Shown: positions 33,228 through 43,747, counted from the first letter of the stretch. The stretch is 64,000 nt of DNA from Candidatus Altimarinota bacterium (GCA_031407385.1 JANOIH010000014.1:1555-65554), one strand, 5' to 3'. Notes: generated by a model from the letters alone, not told the origin. Translations and numbers: made by a program.

Positions 33228-33323
33228 AAGTTAATCGTCAATACTCAATATATCAATTACGAATAGATATATTGAAACTCAAGTATTCGTAATTCAACTA
33301 TTGATTCATTAAATAATTACTCT

Positions 33324-33944
33324 ATGCGCTACACAGGACCAAAAATGAAACTCTGCCGCCGTGAAGGTTACAACCTCTTCGGTGTAGAAAAATACAACCT
33401 CGAAGACAACCACCGTACCGTCAAACGTGCCGGAAAACTCTCTGAGTTTGGTATCCAGCTCCGCAAGAAGCAGGCAGCAAAACGTCAGTTTGGACTCACT
33501 GAAAAGCAATTCCTCCGCTACTACAAGCGTGCACAGAAGCTCAAGCAGGTAACTGGTGATGCGATGATCGCTCTTATCGAGACTCGTTTCGATAACGTTA
33601 TCCTCCGCGCGAACTTTGCTCGTACGATCATGCAGTCTCGTCAGTCAGTTGGACATGCTCACTTCCTCGTGAACGGGAAGAAGCTCAACATCCCTTCTTA
33701 CGAAGTACGTGTTGGTGACGTCATCACAATCAAGGAACGCCTCAAAGAATCAACCCTCTATAAGACTCTCCTCGAAGAATTCCAAGCATTCGGTGAAAAA
33801 AATAAAGCAGCTCAGGTAACTTCAGTTCGTTGGCTCTCAGTTGATCCAAAGAAGCTTACGATTACTGTTACTTCTCTCCCTGAGAAGTCAGACTTCGACC
33901 AGATGATAGATATCCAACGTATCGTCGAATTCTACTCTAAGTAG
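33324..33944 (+). CDS. rpsD: 30S ribosomal protein S4
   Basis: MRYTGPKMKLCRREG... and an S4 RNA-binding domain. Confidence 0.95.
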   Translation: MRYTGPKMKLCRREGYNLFGVEKYNLEDNHRTVKRAGKLSEFGIQLRKKQAAKRQFGLTEKQFLRYYKRAQKLKQVTGDAMIALIETRFDNVILRANFARTIMQSRQSVGHAHFLVNGKKLNIPSYEVRVGDVITIKERLKESTLYKTLLEEFQAFGEKNKAAQVTSVRWLSVDPKKLTITVTSLPEKSDFDQMIDIQRIVEFYSK

Positions 33945-33985
33945 TACCTTTCTTCTCACTTGTACTATCTATTAACCCTCACTCT

Positions 33986-34963
33986 ATGCATATCATTCAT
34001 ACAGCCATCGGGGTTCCAAAGATCTCACGAACTATCCTCTCAGCTCATGAAGAGACGTTCTTGATCGGACCGCTCCCAAGTGGATATGGAGTTACTCTCG
34101 GAAACTCTCTTCGCAGAGTGATGCTCTCATCGATTCCAGGTACGCGAGTAACAGGTGTCAAAATCTCAGGTGTCACACACGAATATACAACGCTTCCAGG
34201 TGTCCGCGACTCTATCCTCGATATGCTCCTCAACCTGAAGGGACTTGTCATCGACAAGAGTAATACTGGTATCGAATGGCTCTCTCTCTCGAAGAAAAAA
34301 GGTGGTATCGTAACAGCAGCTGATATCAAGTGTCCAGGCGGTATCTCAGTCATGAATCCTGATATGTATATCACGAGTCTCGATGATGGATTCGAGTTCT
34401 CTCTCCAGATCCGTGTCGAGAAAAATGTCGGGTACGTCTCTATCGAAGAACTCACTAAGCGCGAAGATGAAGCAGGTATCCTCCTCGTTGATGCGAACTT
34501 CTCTCCAGTCGTGAACGTCAAATATGATATCGAAAATACTCGCTACGGTGAGATGACGAATCTCGACTCTCTCACGATGACGATCAAGACGAACGGAGTG
34601 ATGTCTCCATCAGATGTCGTGAAGTTCTCAGGGAAGATGCTCGAGTCATACTTCGGTCTCTTTAACGAAGAGAATCTCCAGGTTGGTGGTGAATTTATCG
34701 CTGACATCCGCCAGGTTCTCGAACGCGAGAAGCAAGAAGTAAAGGCAGATCTCGAAAAAGAAACATATACTCCTATCGAGATCATGGGGCTCTCACCTCG
34801 CACACTGAATGCTCTCGTCAACGGAGATATCCTCTCTATCGAACAGCTCACCAAGTGTACAGAAGCGAAACTCTCATCTATCAAGTGATTCGGTAAGAAG
34901 GCTATGACAGAAGTACGAGATGCTCTCAGAGGTCGTGGATTCAAACTCCTCGGAGATGATTAG
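33986..34963 (+). CDS. rpoA: DNA-directed RNA polymerase alpha subunit
   Basis: GYGVTLGNSLRRVMLSSIPG. The C-terminal domain continues through TGA at 34886-34888 (IK-G-FGKKAMTEV) to TAG at 34961-34963. Confidence 0.95.
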
Positions 34964-35010
34964 TCCCCGATTCCCCAGTCAACCATTGAACTATTACATA
35001 ATTTTCCCCT

Positions 35011-35370
35011 ATGCGCCACCGAGTAAAAAAACATCTTCGTCTCAAAGGAAAGGATAAAGCACATCGCAAGAGTGTCATCCGTAGTCTCATCTCTGGACTC
35101 TTCGAACACAAGTCTATCATCACGACTCAGAAGCGAGCTCTCGCTATGACTCCTGTGGCTGATAAGCTCATCGAATATGCCAAGAGCGATGCTACAGAGT
35201 ACAACAAGATCCGCTATATCACTCCAGAAGTGTTCACGGAGGCTGCGAGCCGTGCGATCATCGAAGTTGCTGCAAACTACACAGACCGAAAGGGTGGATA
35301 CACACGTATCACTCCTATCAAGTATCGTGATGGTGACTCAGCACTCCTCGTCAAGATCGAACTCGCATAA
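35011..35370 (+). CDS. rplQ: 50S ribosomal protein L17
   Basis: MRHRVKKHLRLKGKDKAHRKSVIRSL... Confidence 0.94.
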   Translation: MRHRVKKHLRLKGKDKAHRKSVIRSLISGLFEHKSIITTQKRALAMTPVADKLIEYAKSDATEYNKIRYITPEVFTEAASRAIIEVAANYTDRKGGYTRITPIKYRDGDSALLVKIELA

Positions 35371-35418
35371 TCCATACTCTACCACTCACCCGAACATTCG
35401 GGACTAAAATTCTTATAT

Positions 35419-35850
35419 ATGAAAACACTTTTCTCAAAGCAAATCCTCGGCAAAGATCGTCCATGGTACATCGTCGATGCAAAAGGACAGAGCCTCGGAC
35501 GTCTCTCTACAGCTCTCGCTCGTATCCTCTCTGGACGCAATCGAGTTGATTTTACGCAACACGTGGATAACGGTGCCTATATCATCGTTACGAACGTAGC
35601 AGATATCGCTGTAACAGGTACGAAGGAGACGACGAAGATGTATCGATCTCACTCACAGTACCTCGGTGGTCTCCATGAGAGAAACCTTGCTTCTATGCGT
35701 AAGAAGAACCCTGCACATATCCTCCGCCATGCGGTGACTGGTATGCTCCCGAAGAATCGTCTTCAGTCTGATATGATCCTCCGTCTCAAGCTTGTTCCTG
35801 GTGCAACTCACCAGTATGAAGCACAGAAGCCAGTAGAACTTTCAGTCTAA
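35419..35850 (+). CDS. rplM: 50S ribosomal protein L13
   Basis: RPWYIVDAKGQSLGRLSTALARILSG. Confidence 0.95.
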   Translation: MKTLFSKQILGKDRPWYIVDAKGQSLGRLSTALARILSGRNRVDFTQHVDNGAYIIVTNVADIAVTGTKETTKMYRSHSQYLGGLHERNLASMRKKNPAHILRHAVTGMLPKNRLQSDMILRLKLVPGATHQYEAQKPVELSV

Positions 35851-35910
35851 TTACAATACGCTGATCCCAATTCGTAATTGAACCATTAAATTATTAAATA
35901 ATTATACCTT

Positions 35911-36306
35911 ATGTCAGATAAAAAGTACGCATACGCTGTCGGTCGTAGAAAGACTGCAGTTGCACAGATCCGTCTCTACAACGGAAAGGGAGCATCGACG
36001 ATCAATACTAAACCTATCGATACATACGTCACTCGTGCAGATCTCTTCCAGACGATCTATGCACCACTCAAGACAGCTGGAGTGTATGAAGACTTTCACT
36101 TTGATATAATAGTATCTGGATCAGGAGAGAGTGCTCAGGCACAGGCTATCCGCCACGCAGTTGCTCGCGCACTTGTCGTCGCACAAGAGTCTCTCAAGCC
36201 AACTCTCAAGGGGGCATGATTCCTCACACGAGATGCACGTAAGGTTGAGCGTAAGAAGCCAGGTCTCCACAAAGCCCGCAAGGCAGGTTCTTGGTCAAAG
36301 CGTTAG
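35911..36306 (+). CDS. rpsI: 30S ribosomal protein S9
   Basis: AVGRRKTAVAQIRL... then A-G-FLTRDARKVERKKPGLHKARK, with TGA at 36217-36219. TAG stop at 36304-36306. Confidence 0.95.
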
Positions 36307-36351
36307 TATTCTGTCTCACTTCAAAAATCCAAAAAACTCTAATCCTCTATT

Positions 36352-36771
36352 ATGCCTACAATTAGCCAACTTGTCCGATCAAAGCGAAAAGATAAAACTC
36401 GCAAGAGTAAGTCTCCAGCTCTTCAGTTCAACCGAAATAGCCTCAAGAAAGAGATGTCTCCACTCGCTGCTCCTATGCGCCGAGGTGTGTGTCTCAAGGT
36501 CTATACTTCGACACCGAAGAAGCCAAACTCAGCTCTCCGAAAGGTTGCTAAGATTCGTCTGACGAATGGTTATGAGGTTATCTCATACATCGGAGGCGAA
36601 GGACACAATCTCCAAGAGCACTCTGTAGTCATGATCCGAGGAGGACGCGTGAAGGATCTCCCAGGTGTACGATACCATATCGTTCGAGGTCTCCTCGACT
36701 GTCAGGGTGTCGACAAGCGCAATCAGTCTCGATCTCTCTACGGAACGAAGAAGCCAAAAGCAAAGAAGTAG
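36352..36771 (+). CDS. rpsL: 30S ribosomal protein S12
   Basis: MPTISQLVR... [16 protein letters not shown]... [17 protein letters not shown]. Confidence 0.97.
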   Translation: MPTISQLVRSKRKDKTRKSKSPALQFNRNSLKKEMSPLAAPMRRGVCLKVYTSTPKKPNSALRKVAKIRLTNGYEVISYIGGEGHNLQEHSVVMIRGGRVKDLPGVRYHIVRGLLDCQGVDKRNQSRSLYGTKKPKAKK

Positions 36772-36845
36772 TAGCTTGTCTCGTCTGATCTCATGACGAA
36801 AACAAAACTAATAAATCATTAAACTAAATCTCTAATCTCTATTTT

Positions 36846-37301
36846 ATGAGTACAAAAGGAAGCGTATCATTCTCAACTCGCAACGAGCGTCTCACGAAGT
36901 TCGTGAACTATATCATGAAGAATGGTAAAAAAACTCTTGCATACAAGATTCTTAATACGACTTTTGATATCCTCCGTGAAAAGGGGTATACCAATCCTGA
37001 GGAAGTATTCGACAAGGCTCTCGACAACGTCATGCCAAAAATCGAATGTCGTCCAAAGCGTGTCGGAGGTTCTATCTACCAAGTACCGATGGAAGTTCCA
37101 CAGGGACGTTCATTTGCTCTTGCTTCTCGTTGGATCCTCGCCGCAGCTCGTGGAAAGAGTGGAAAAGATTTTTCTCACTTTCTCGCACAAGAGTTCGTCG
37201 ATGCTGCTACAGAGACTGGAGTTGCCGTCAAGAAGAAACTTGATGTCTATAAGATGGCAGAGGCCAATAAGGCATTTGCTCGTTATGCAAACAACAGATA
37301 G
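36846..37301 (+). CDS. rpsG: 30S ribosomal protein S7
   Basis: 151 aa directly after rpsL, with S7-like KRVGGSIYQVPMEV. Confidence 0.94.
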   Translation: MSTKGSVSFSTRNERLTKFVNYIMKNGKKTLAYKILNTTFDILREKGYTNPEEVFDKALDNVMPKIECRPKRVGGSIYQVPMEVPQGRSFALASRWILAAARGKSGKDFSHFLAQEFVDAATETGVAVKKKLDVYKMAEANKAFARYANNR

Positions 37302-37347
37302 TCGGATACTACAAAATCAACAATTAAAAATTAACAATTAATCGGAT

Positions 37348-37620
37348 ATGGCTCATAAAAAAGCGATGGGATCGACCTCCAACGGTCGAGACTCACAAGC
37401 CAAGAGACTTGGTGTAAAAATCTACGGTGGACAACCAGCAATGTCTGGAAATATCATCATTCGTCAGAAGGGAAATGCCTTTTGGCCAGGAACTGGCGTC
37501 AAACAAGGAACTGACTTCACGCTCTTTGCTGTATGTGATGGTGTTGTCTCTTTTCAAGAGCGTCGCCGTGTCCGTTTCGATGGTCGCACATACCGTGATA
37601 TCTACGTATCAGTAGTATAA
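37348..37620 (+). CDS. rpmA: 50S ribosomal protein L27
   Basis: [24 protein letters not shown]...IIIRQKG. Confidence 0.95.
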   Translation: MAHKKAMGSTSNGRDSQAKRLGVKIYGGQPAMSGNIIIRQKGNAFWPGTGVKQGTDFTLFAVCDGVVSFQERRRVRFDGRTYRDIYVSVV

Positions 37621-37716
37621 GGTCAAAAGTCCGAAGTATATAGACCCTGGTCAATGCTTCTTACTTTTCACTTTTCCGCCTGTAATGGGTATAGATAACT
37701 TCTCACTTAAAAATAT

Positions 37717-37956
37717 ATGACATTCGCTCCAAAACAACAACTCTCGAAAGTACGCGGAAAGAAGCGTTACTCTGCATGGCTCAAGCTCAATGCAAAACGC
37801 CTCAAGAACCAAGTATCATCACTTCAGTATAACGCTGCAGGTGAGGCTGTTGCACTTGGTCACTTTGCATCTCCTATCACTGGAGAATACAAGGGACGCA
37901 AGATATATACTGTGAAGATTGGACGCGGAGCGACTCCTACCAAGATCCGTGCATAG
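37717..37956 (+). CDS. rpmF: 50S ribosomal protein L32 (divergent)
   Basis: LSKVRGKKRYSAW at the N-terminus, and PITGEYKGRKIY resembling the E. coli L32 ITADGYYRGRKV segment. Confidence 0.65.
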   Translation: MTFAPKQQLSKVRGKKRYSAWLKLNAKRLKNQVSSLQYNAAGEAVALGHFASPITGEYKGRKIYTVKIGRGATPTKIRA

Positions 37957-37988
37957 TTTCTGATAACTATATACTCATTTTTTTGACT

Positions 37989-38147
37989 ATGAATAATCAA
38001 TTAGCTGTCGATATGGTTGAAGCGAAATCCTGAGTTGAGACTCCACCAGATATAGTTAAACTACAACTAGTTGCGAGTGTCTGAGTAAAGAGTAATCAAA
38101 AGATAGCTGATATAGTTGATGCTACACAAGGCGTGTATGCTGGATAA
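37989..38147 (+). CDS. possible 52-aa ORF
   Basis: Open only with 2 TGA read as sense. No recognisable motif. Confidence 0.25.
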
Positions 38148-38176
38148 CTTGATCATTAATATAACCTCAAATTCCT

Positions 38177-38638
38177 ATGATATCCCGTCGTCAAACGCGT
38201 GAATACCTCCTGCAGTCTCTCTATGCTCGAGTCCACCTTTCACCCTTTGTGCGGGATATTTTTTGTGAGGCTTTTTTCTCAGGGAGTAACAGTGTCGAAC
38301 TCGATCTCGTCTACCTCGATGAGATGGAACGACTTATGATAGCCAACGAGCGCACACTCCTAGATATCATCGCACGTCTCGCGCCGAAGTTCGAGCTCCC
38401 GACGATCCCAATGCTGCATATCCTCATCCTCATGCTATCACTCACAGAGATCCTCTACTGGAAGTGAGAGGCGATCCCTGATGCTGTCTCGGTGAACGAG
38501 GCGATCGAACTCGCGAAACGATTCTCCGATGACCAAGGAAAGGGTTTTATAAACGGCGCCCTCTCCACCTTCCTGAAAGAAAAAGATGCGATCGTCCTCG
38601 GTGCGAAGGAAGGAGAATATCGAGTATTCCAGATATAG
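38177..38638 (+). CDS. nusB: transcription antitermination factor NusB
   Basis: [13 protein letters not shown]... and [21 protein letters not shown]. Joined through TGA at 38465-38467. Confidence 0.88.
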
Positions 38639-38713
38639 TTCTTACTGCAAAAAATTGCAAATCGAGTAAATATCAATATCATCAATCATGATATAATCTA
38701 TAACTTCCACCCT

Positions 38714-39481
38714 ATGGCTCGTACATCACTGCGGTATGACCGCATAGAGTTTGAATCGAAAGTGAGTACTTTACTCGCTTCGCTCCAGATTCTCCCTGTC
38801 AATCCATCACTCTATATCCTCGCCTGTATCCATCGTAGCGTCCTGAACGAGGCTGGACAGGGCTACATCGAGTCCAACGAGCGTCTCGAGTATCTCGGTG
38901 ATGCTGTCCTCGAACTCGTCATCACAGAGGCATTATTTCACGAATTCAGTGAAAAACCAGAATGAGAACTCACAGATATCCGATCCGCTCTCGTACGTGG
39001 ACGCAATCTCGCCGAGATCGCAGCACGTCTGGACTTCTCATCTGTTGTCCAGCTCTCTCGCGGCGAGTCGATCGCAGGAGGCCATGAGAATCCATATATT
39101 CTCGCCAATACATTCGAAGCGATCACGGGCGCCCTCTATCTCGATCAGGGATTCGAAGTCGTGAAGAAGTTCCTCCTCACCCATGTCTACTCGACTCTTG
39201 CACATATTCTCGAGAAGGCACTTTTCGTAGATCCCAAGTCGTTCCTCCAGGAACATACCCAGGCGATCTGGGGGATCACTCCACTCTATCAGGTCGTCGA
39301 AGAGGTCGGACAAGACCACAACAAGATCTATATAGTATCTGCGATCCTCGATGATATCATCCTCGGTACAGGTAAAGGCTCGTCCAAGAAAAAAGCCGAA
39401 CAGGATGCAGCAGAGAATGCTGTAGCTGTTCGGGCAGAGTGGGAGGGACGTATTACACTCAGTAGGAAACCAGGAGTGTAA
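38714..39481 (+). CDS. rnc: ribonuclease III
   Basis: Signature NERLEYLGDAVLELV, plus a C-terminal dsRBD GKGSSKKKAEQDAAENA. Fragments 38714- and 39161- share a frame and are joined by TGA. Confidence 0.93.
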
Positions 39482-39566
39482 GAAGAGTAGTTCTACCCGA
39501 AGTTATTGACAAAAATAGATAATACTATATTATGTTGAAGTGATTTTACTTTTTCATTCAAAATAT

Positions 39567-40175
39567 ATGCTAGAAAAGCTAGGAATTCCGAATCAAACGT
39601 CTACTGAAAGCCACGGTTGAGAATCAAATATACCACAAGACAATAGCACACAGCACGTTGCTAATATCCTTGCAGGAGCGTATCAGATTACTGAGGATAG
39701 TCCAGAAATAATCAAATTTTGACTTACGCCCGAAGAGAAAAAATCTATCGAAAGAGATATTGAGGCAGAAAAACCAATAGCAGATACTCCTGCTTATCGA
39801 AAGTTTCTTGCATATATATTTCCAAATAAGACAATTATATTCCCATATCTTCCAACATATACTGATGCACTCACTGTAGTATGAAAACTATCTGAATTAT
39901 TTTGAGTGAAAGTGGGTTTATCGTATGAAGGAGACCAAACATTAAGATTGATGAAGGATCAACAACATTACGCAGGGTCTCGAGGTAGAGGTTCTACTGA
40001 AGATAGAATTATTAATGAGGGAATTATGGGTATGGTTTGGTGCGCTCGAACAGATTCTCACAACGATCGAATGGCTCCAGTTGCATGGCAGTTCCATGGC
40101 AATGGAAAATATCGATCAGGCACTAAAAATATCTATATAGAAGATGGTCATTCTATGATCCCTATTTTTGTATAA
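39567..40175 (+). CDS. hypothetical protein (AT-rich gene)
   Basis: 202 codons open with 4 TGA read as sense, in frame with track ORF 39906-40175. TAA stop. Confidence 0.45.
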
Positions 40176-40212
40176 GTTTTGAGTTGATTCTTTAAATTCC
40201 ATGATTCAGATA

Positions 40213-40246
40213 TCTAAAAAATATCCGTATAAAGCGGATATTTTTA
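40213..40246. terminator. bidirectional terminator between convergent genes
   Basis: AAAAAA-ATATCCG-tataaag-CGGATAT-TTTTT. Confidence 0.6.
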
Positions 40247-41080
40247 AAACACCTTGAAGTACGCCTTCGGAAATGAGAGTCGATACTCTATAAAATTCTC
40301 TTTGAAAGCCGTGTATCACTTCTGGTCACTTGGGCCTCACTTGTTGCGGAGCTGGTCGAAAGTAAGGTACTTGATCCCCATAGCGGCAGACTCACGGAAC
40401 CATGTATCGACGAGAGCAGTACCCCCTTGGATATCGTAGGATGCCTTCCCGGTAAAAGATACAAAGTGTACAGAATGATCCCCGAGATAGTCCATAGCCG
40501 CGAATCCTGCAACCGCAATACCATCTCGGTAGACGCACCATTGGCGAACCTTGGATGGATCATGCTTCGAGATGCGCTTGTAGTTGGAGATATAGTCACT
40601 CTTGAACCAGTGCTTCACACGTGTCGCACGGAACGCAGCGACAAAAGTATCAGGATCGACAGCACGGACTTCAGCTCCTGACTTTTCGAACTTTTTTACC
40701 GCACGCACAGAGCGACTATTCCACTTATTGCGATAATTCGCATCTATGATATTCAGGCTCGTCTCCTGGAAGTGATCTGTGAGCCACATCCGTCTCCAGC
40801 CTTTTGGGATATCACTTCGAGAGTAGGGGATCCAGGTGATGATACCATGTTTCATGCCATCTGCCTTCAGCTTCTCGATATCTGGCTCGATGTCCGTACG
40901 TTCGTAGCGTGATACAAAAACATTCCCGAAAAGTCGCTTTTTCCAAGCGTATTGGGGAGGATTGCCGATGTCGAATACGGTGATATCACCACAGGACTCG
41001 AGATAGGGACGATAGATCTCGGCACTGGTACGATGATAGTAAAAATCCCGAGGGAACTCTTGAGGTTGGAGGTGTTGCAT
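40244..41080 (-). CDS. GNAT-fold / FemAB-like transferase (function uncertain)
   Basis: The 247-aa ORF continues through two TGA to TAA at 40244-40246. The C-terminal GYTAFKENF resembles Fem-type transferases. Confidence 0.5.
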
Positions 41081-41118
41081 GAAAAAATTGTAGCAGAATC
41101 TTGAACAAAAAGCAAAAA

Positions 41119-41583
41119 CTATTCCACAGTGACTTCCACGATGATCTTCGCGAGCGTATCTCGGGTGATATGGATACAGACGATATGTTCACCTGCTGTC
41201 TTGATATGTGTCTTGTTCGGGAGCTTGATATCCTGCTTCTCGAAAGAGATGCCGAACTTCTCGTTCACCTTCGCGCCGACTGCATGTTCATCCAGTCCAC
41301 CGAATATCTTCCCATTCTTCCCCTTGAGGGTGAAGGTGAGTCGTTGTCCGTCGAGGTTCTTCTGGATCTCGAAGGCCTGAGTGAGACGGATACGAGCTTG
41401 ATCGCTTGTGCGTTTTTTATCGGTTTCGATTTTCTTCATACGTTCTGCTGTTATCTCCTTTACGATACCTTGTGGAATGAGAGAGTTACGCGCCTGAGGA
41501 GTCGATACTGCTATGATCTGTCCCTTGCGCCCTATGTGCGCTATATCCTGGAGGAGTTCTACGGTGATCTTGCTGGTTGCCAT
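41119..41583 (-). CDS. rplI: 50S ribosomal protein L9
   Basis: VELLQDIAHIGRKGQIIAVSTPQARNSLIPQGI at the N-terminus. 154 aa. Confidence 0.9.
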   Translation of the reverse strand: MATSKITVELLQDIAHIGRKGQIIAVSTPQARNSLIPQGIVKEITAERMKKIETDKKRTSDQARIRLTQAFEIQKNLDGQRLTFTLKGKNGKIFGGLDEHAVGAKVNEKFGISFEKQDIKLPNKTHIKTAGEHIVCIHITRDTLAKIIVEVTVE

Positions 41584-41708
41584 ACTATTCGCTATAAAAA
41601 GGTAAAATGTGTGTGATGGAGTATATCGAACTTCTCACAAAAAGGAAGCCATAAAATGAACACAATATTGACAAAATATAAGAAGAGTATTTCATATATG
41701 AAAAAGTT

Positions 41709-41735
41709 TTGACTTTTCCCACTTTTCGCTATAAT
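41709..41735 (+). promoter_or_regulatory. sigma70-type promoter upstream of tRNA-Gln
   Basis: TTGACT (41709-41714) ... TATAAT (41730-41735), followed by a CGGCG discriminator. Confidence 0.55.
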
Positions 41736-41775
41736 CGGCGAGTCCATGGAGGTTTTTGTCTCTCTTCTCTTGACT

Positions 41776-41848
41776 TTGGTATCGCCAAGCTCAGGGGCGC
41801 GGACCTTGACTCCGCCATTCCTACTTCGAATCCTCTGGAGTACCCACA
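41776..41848 (+). pseudogene. degenerate tRNA-Gln-like copy
   Basis: Its D-arm, anticodon arm (GCGGA-CCTTGAC-TCCGC) and TTCGAATCC align with the downstream tRNA-Gln. The acceptor and T stems cannot pair, and position 33 is C. Confidence 0.4.
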
Positions 41849-41870
41849 TTCCATTCCTGTCTCCATTTCC

Positions 41871-41945
41871 TGGGGTATCGCCAAGCGGTAAGGCAGCGGA
41901 CTTTGACTCCGCCATTCCTAGGTTCGAATCCTAGTACCCCAACCA
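41871..41945 (+). tRNA. tRNA-Gln (anticodon UUG), CCA encoded
   Basis: 75 nt. Near-identical in architecture to E. coli tRNA-Gln (U1:A72, GCC/GGC D stem). Anticodon loop CTTTGAC, T arm CTAGG-TTCGAAT-CCTAG, 3' ACCA. Confidence 0.9.
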
Positions 41946-42135
41946 ACATATAACGTCAAGATACTTTTCTCGACAAAAAGAGTTCCCTGTATACAATATT
42001 CGCGTTCGAACACAGTAAATACTCTCATTATTTTCTCTATTCGGATTCAAATACAATCCATATTTATCTCGCTTCGTTATAAGGTTCCAAGTATCTGCTA
42101 TGGCAGATCCCTTATATGAGCTAACTTTTCTTTTT

Positions 42136-42447
42136 ATGATAGCAGTAGTAGAACTCGGTGGGAAGCAGTATACAGTCGAAGTCGGTATGTCTCTCGTCGT
42201 CGATCACCAGCACGTAGATGCTGGAGCGAGTTTCGATGTACCAGCGATGCTCATCGCTTCTCCAGACGGAGCTCAGGTAACAGTTGGTACTCCTACGATC
42301 GCAGGATCAAAAGTGAGCTTCACCGCTGAAGAACACTTCAAGGGAGATAAGGTTCGTGTATTCAAAATCAAATCAAAGAAGCGCTATATGCGTACCCAAG
42401 GATTCCGCCCACACCAGACTCGCCTCACAGTGACTGCTATAGCGTAG
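42136..42447 (+). CDS. rplU: 50S ribosomal protein L21
   Basis: MIAVVELGGKQYTVEVG... FRPHQTRL. Confidence 0.93.
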   Translation: MIAVVELGGKQYTVEVGMSLVVDHQHVDAGASFDVPAMLIASPDGAQVTVGTPTIAGSKVSFTAEEHFKGDKVRVFKIKSKKRYMRTQGFRPHQTRLTVTAIA

Positions 42448-42524
42448 TTTGGATCAGATTGCCAGATATCTGCATGTAGATCACTGCAGAGGTATCATGG
42501 GCATTTTATTCCTAAAAACTCTCG

Positions 42525-43667
42525 ATGACTCCATCCCTCAATACCCGTGCCAGACTCGCGAGAGCTGCACGCAATAATGTGCCTCTTCAGAGCGCGACAG
42601 AGACGTTCCGTAAGTTCAAGTGGTTCACACTCTGTGTTGCACTCCTGTTACCGATATATCCATCACTGTCTCTGCTTGGTTCCGATGCGACAGCGCATGG
42701 AGCGGATTATGACGAGACGAGTATTATCACAGCATATAGTGATGACTCACTCGGTGAGAGTTCTTATTTTTCTGAAAATGGTCTCATCGCTCTCGATGGG
42801 ACATTGTCTGAGGATCCTGTACGAGAGACCATCGCCTCATCGACCGGCACAGAGATAGAGTCAGTAGAACAGGCTGATCACAAAAAATCACCAGAAATAC
42901 TGCGCTATACTATAAAGTCAGGTGATACCCTCGCGAAGATATCTGATCAGTACAATGTGAGTACTGATGCGATCCGCTGGGCCAACGATATCTCTCTGGA
43001 TACACTCAAGATCGGTACTATCATCAAAGTTCCACCAACCTCAGGAGTCATCCATATCGTGAAGAAGTGAGACACACTCGGAGCGATAGCCGCGAAGTAT
43101 GATATTGCAGCCCGTGATATATCGAGTTTTAACCAGCTCTCTGACTGAGATAGTCTGCGTATCGGGAAGGAGCTCATGATCCCTTGAGCACAGAAGAACA
43201 CTCCGATCGCAACCCTCCTGAAGACGACACCAGTGGTCAATCCTCGCGCCGTCACTCCAGTACCACAAGATAAGCCAGTCGTCCGTCCTATCACTGTCGA
43301 TGCGAGCGGACTGAAGTCGAGCTATGCGATCGCCTATACAGGAAAAGGCCGAGGATTCGTCTGAGGGAACTGTACATGGTATGTCGCACAGAACAAGAGT
43401 GTCACATGGCGCGGGAATGCCGCCGCATGGATGAAGAACGCTCGTGCTCAGTGAGTCAAGACAGGATCAACACCAGTTCCAGGTGCGATCATCCAGTTCT
43501 CCGGTCGTGGATACTCTCGCGCATACGGACACGTCGGTATCGTCGCTGATGTGACCGATGACTACGTGATCGTGAAGGATATGAACTACCGTGGACTCTA
43601 TGAGGTGACGATCCGCAAGGTGAAGAAAAACGATCCAGCGATCGATGGATATATATATGTAGACTAG
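42525..43667 (+). CDS. peptidoglycan hydrolase with two LysM domains and a CHAP/NlpC-like domain
   Basis: YTIKSGDTLAKISDQYNV and HIVKK-G-DTLGAIAAKYDI (LysM). G-GNCTWYV...GHVGIV (Cys/His CHAP). Six TGA. TAG stop at 43665-43667. Confidence 0.85.
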
Positions 43668-43678
43668 TCTCTATGAGA

Positions 43679-43708
43679 AAATCCCCTCTGACTTCAGAGG
43701 GGATTTTG
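43679..43708 (+). terminator. rho-independent terminator
   Basis: AATCCCCTCTG-actt-CAGAGGGGATT followed by TTT. Confidence 0.65.
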
Positions 43709-43747
43709 ATTTGACAAAAAATACATAAAGTATATATTTACAGTTAT

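Noticed and set aside
37622-37680. A possible sixth copy of the GTCA repeat (GGTCAAAAGTCCGAAGTATATAGACC...) after rpmA.
   Set aside because: Only a short CGAAGTAT word and a GTCA start are shared. This is too weak without a family model, and it may simply be the rpmA terminator hairpin.
41776-41848. The possibility that the tRNA-like element is the UGA-decoding tRNA-Gly(UCA) expected in a code-25 genome.
   Set aside because: The anticodon loop reads CCUUGAC (UUG context), not UCA. The acceptor and T stems do not pair. It is a decayed tRNA-Gln copy.
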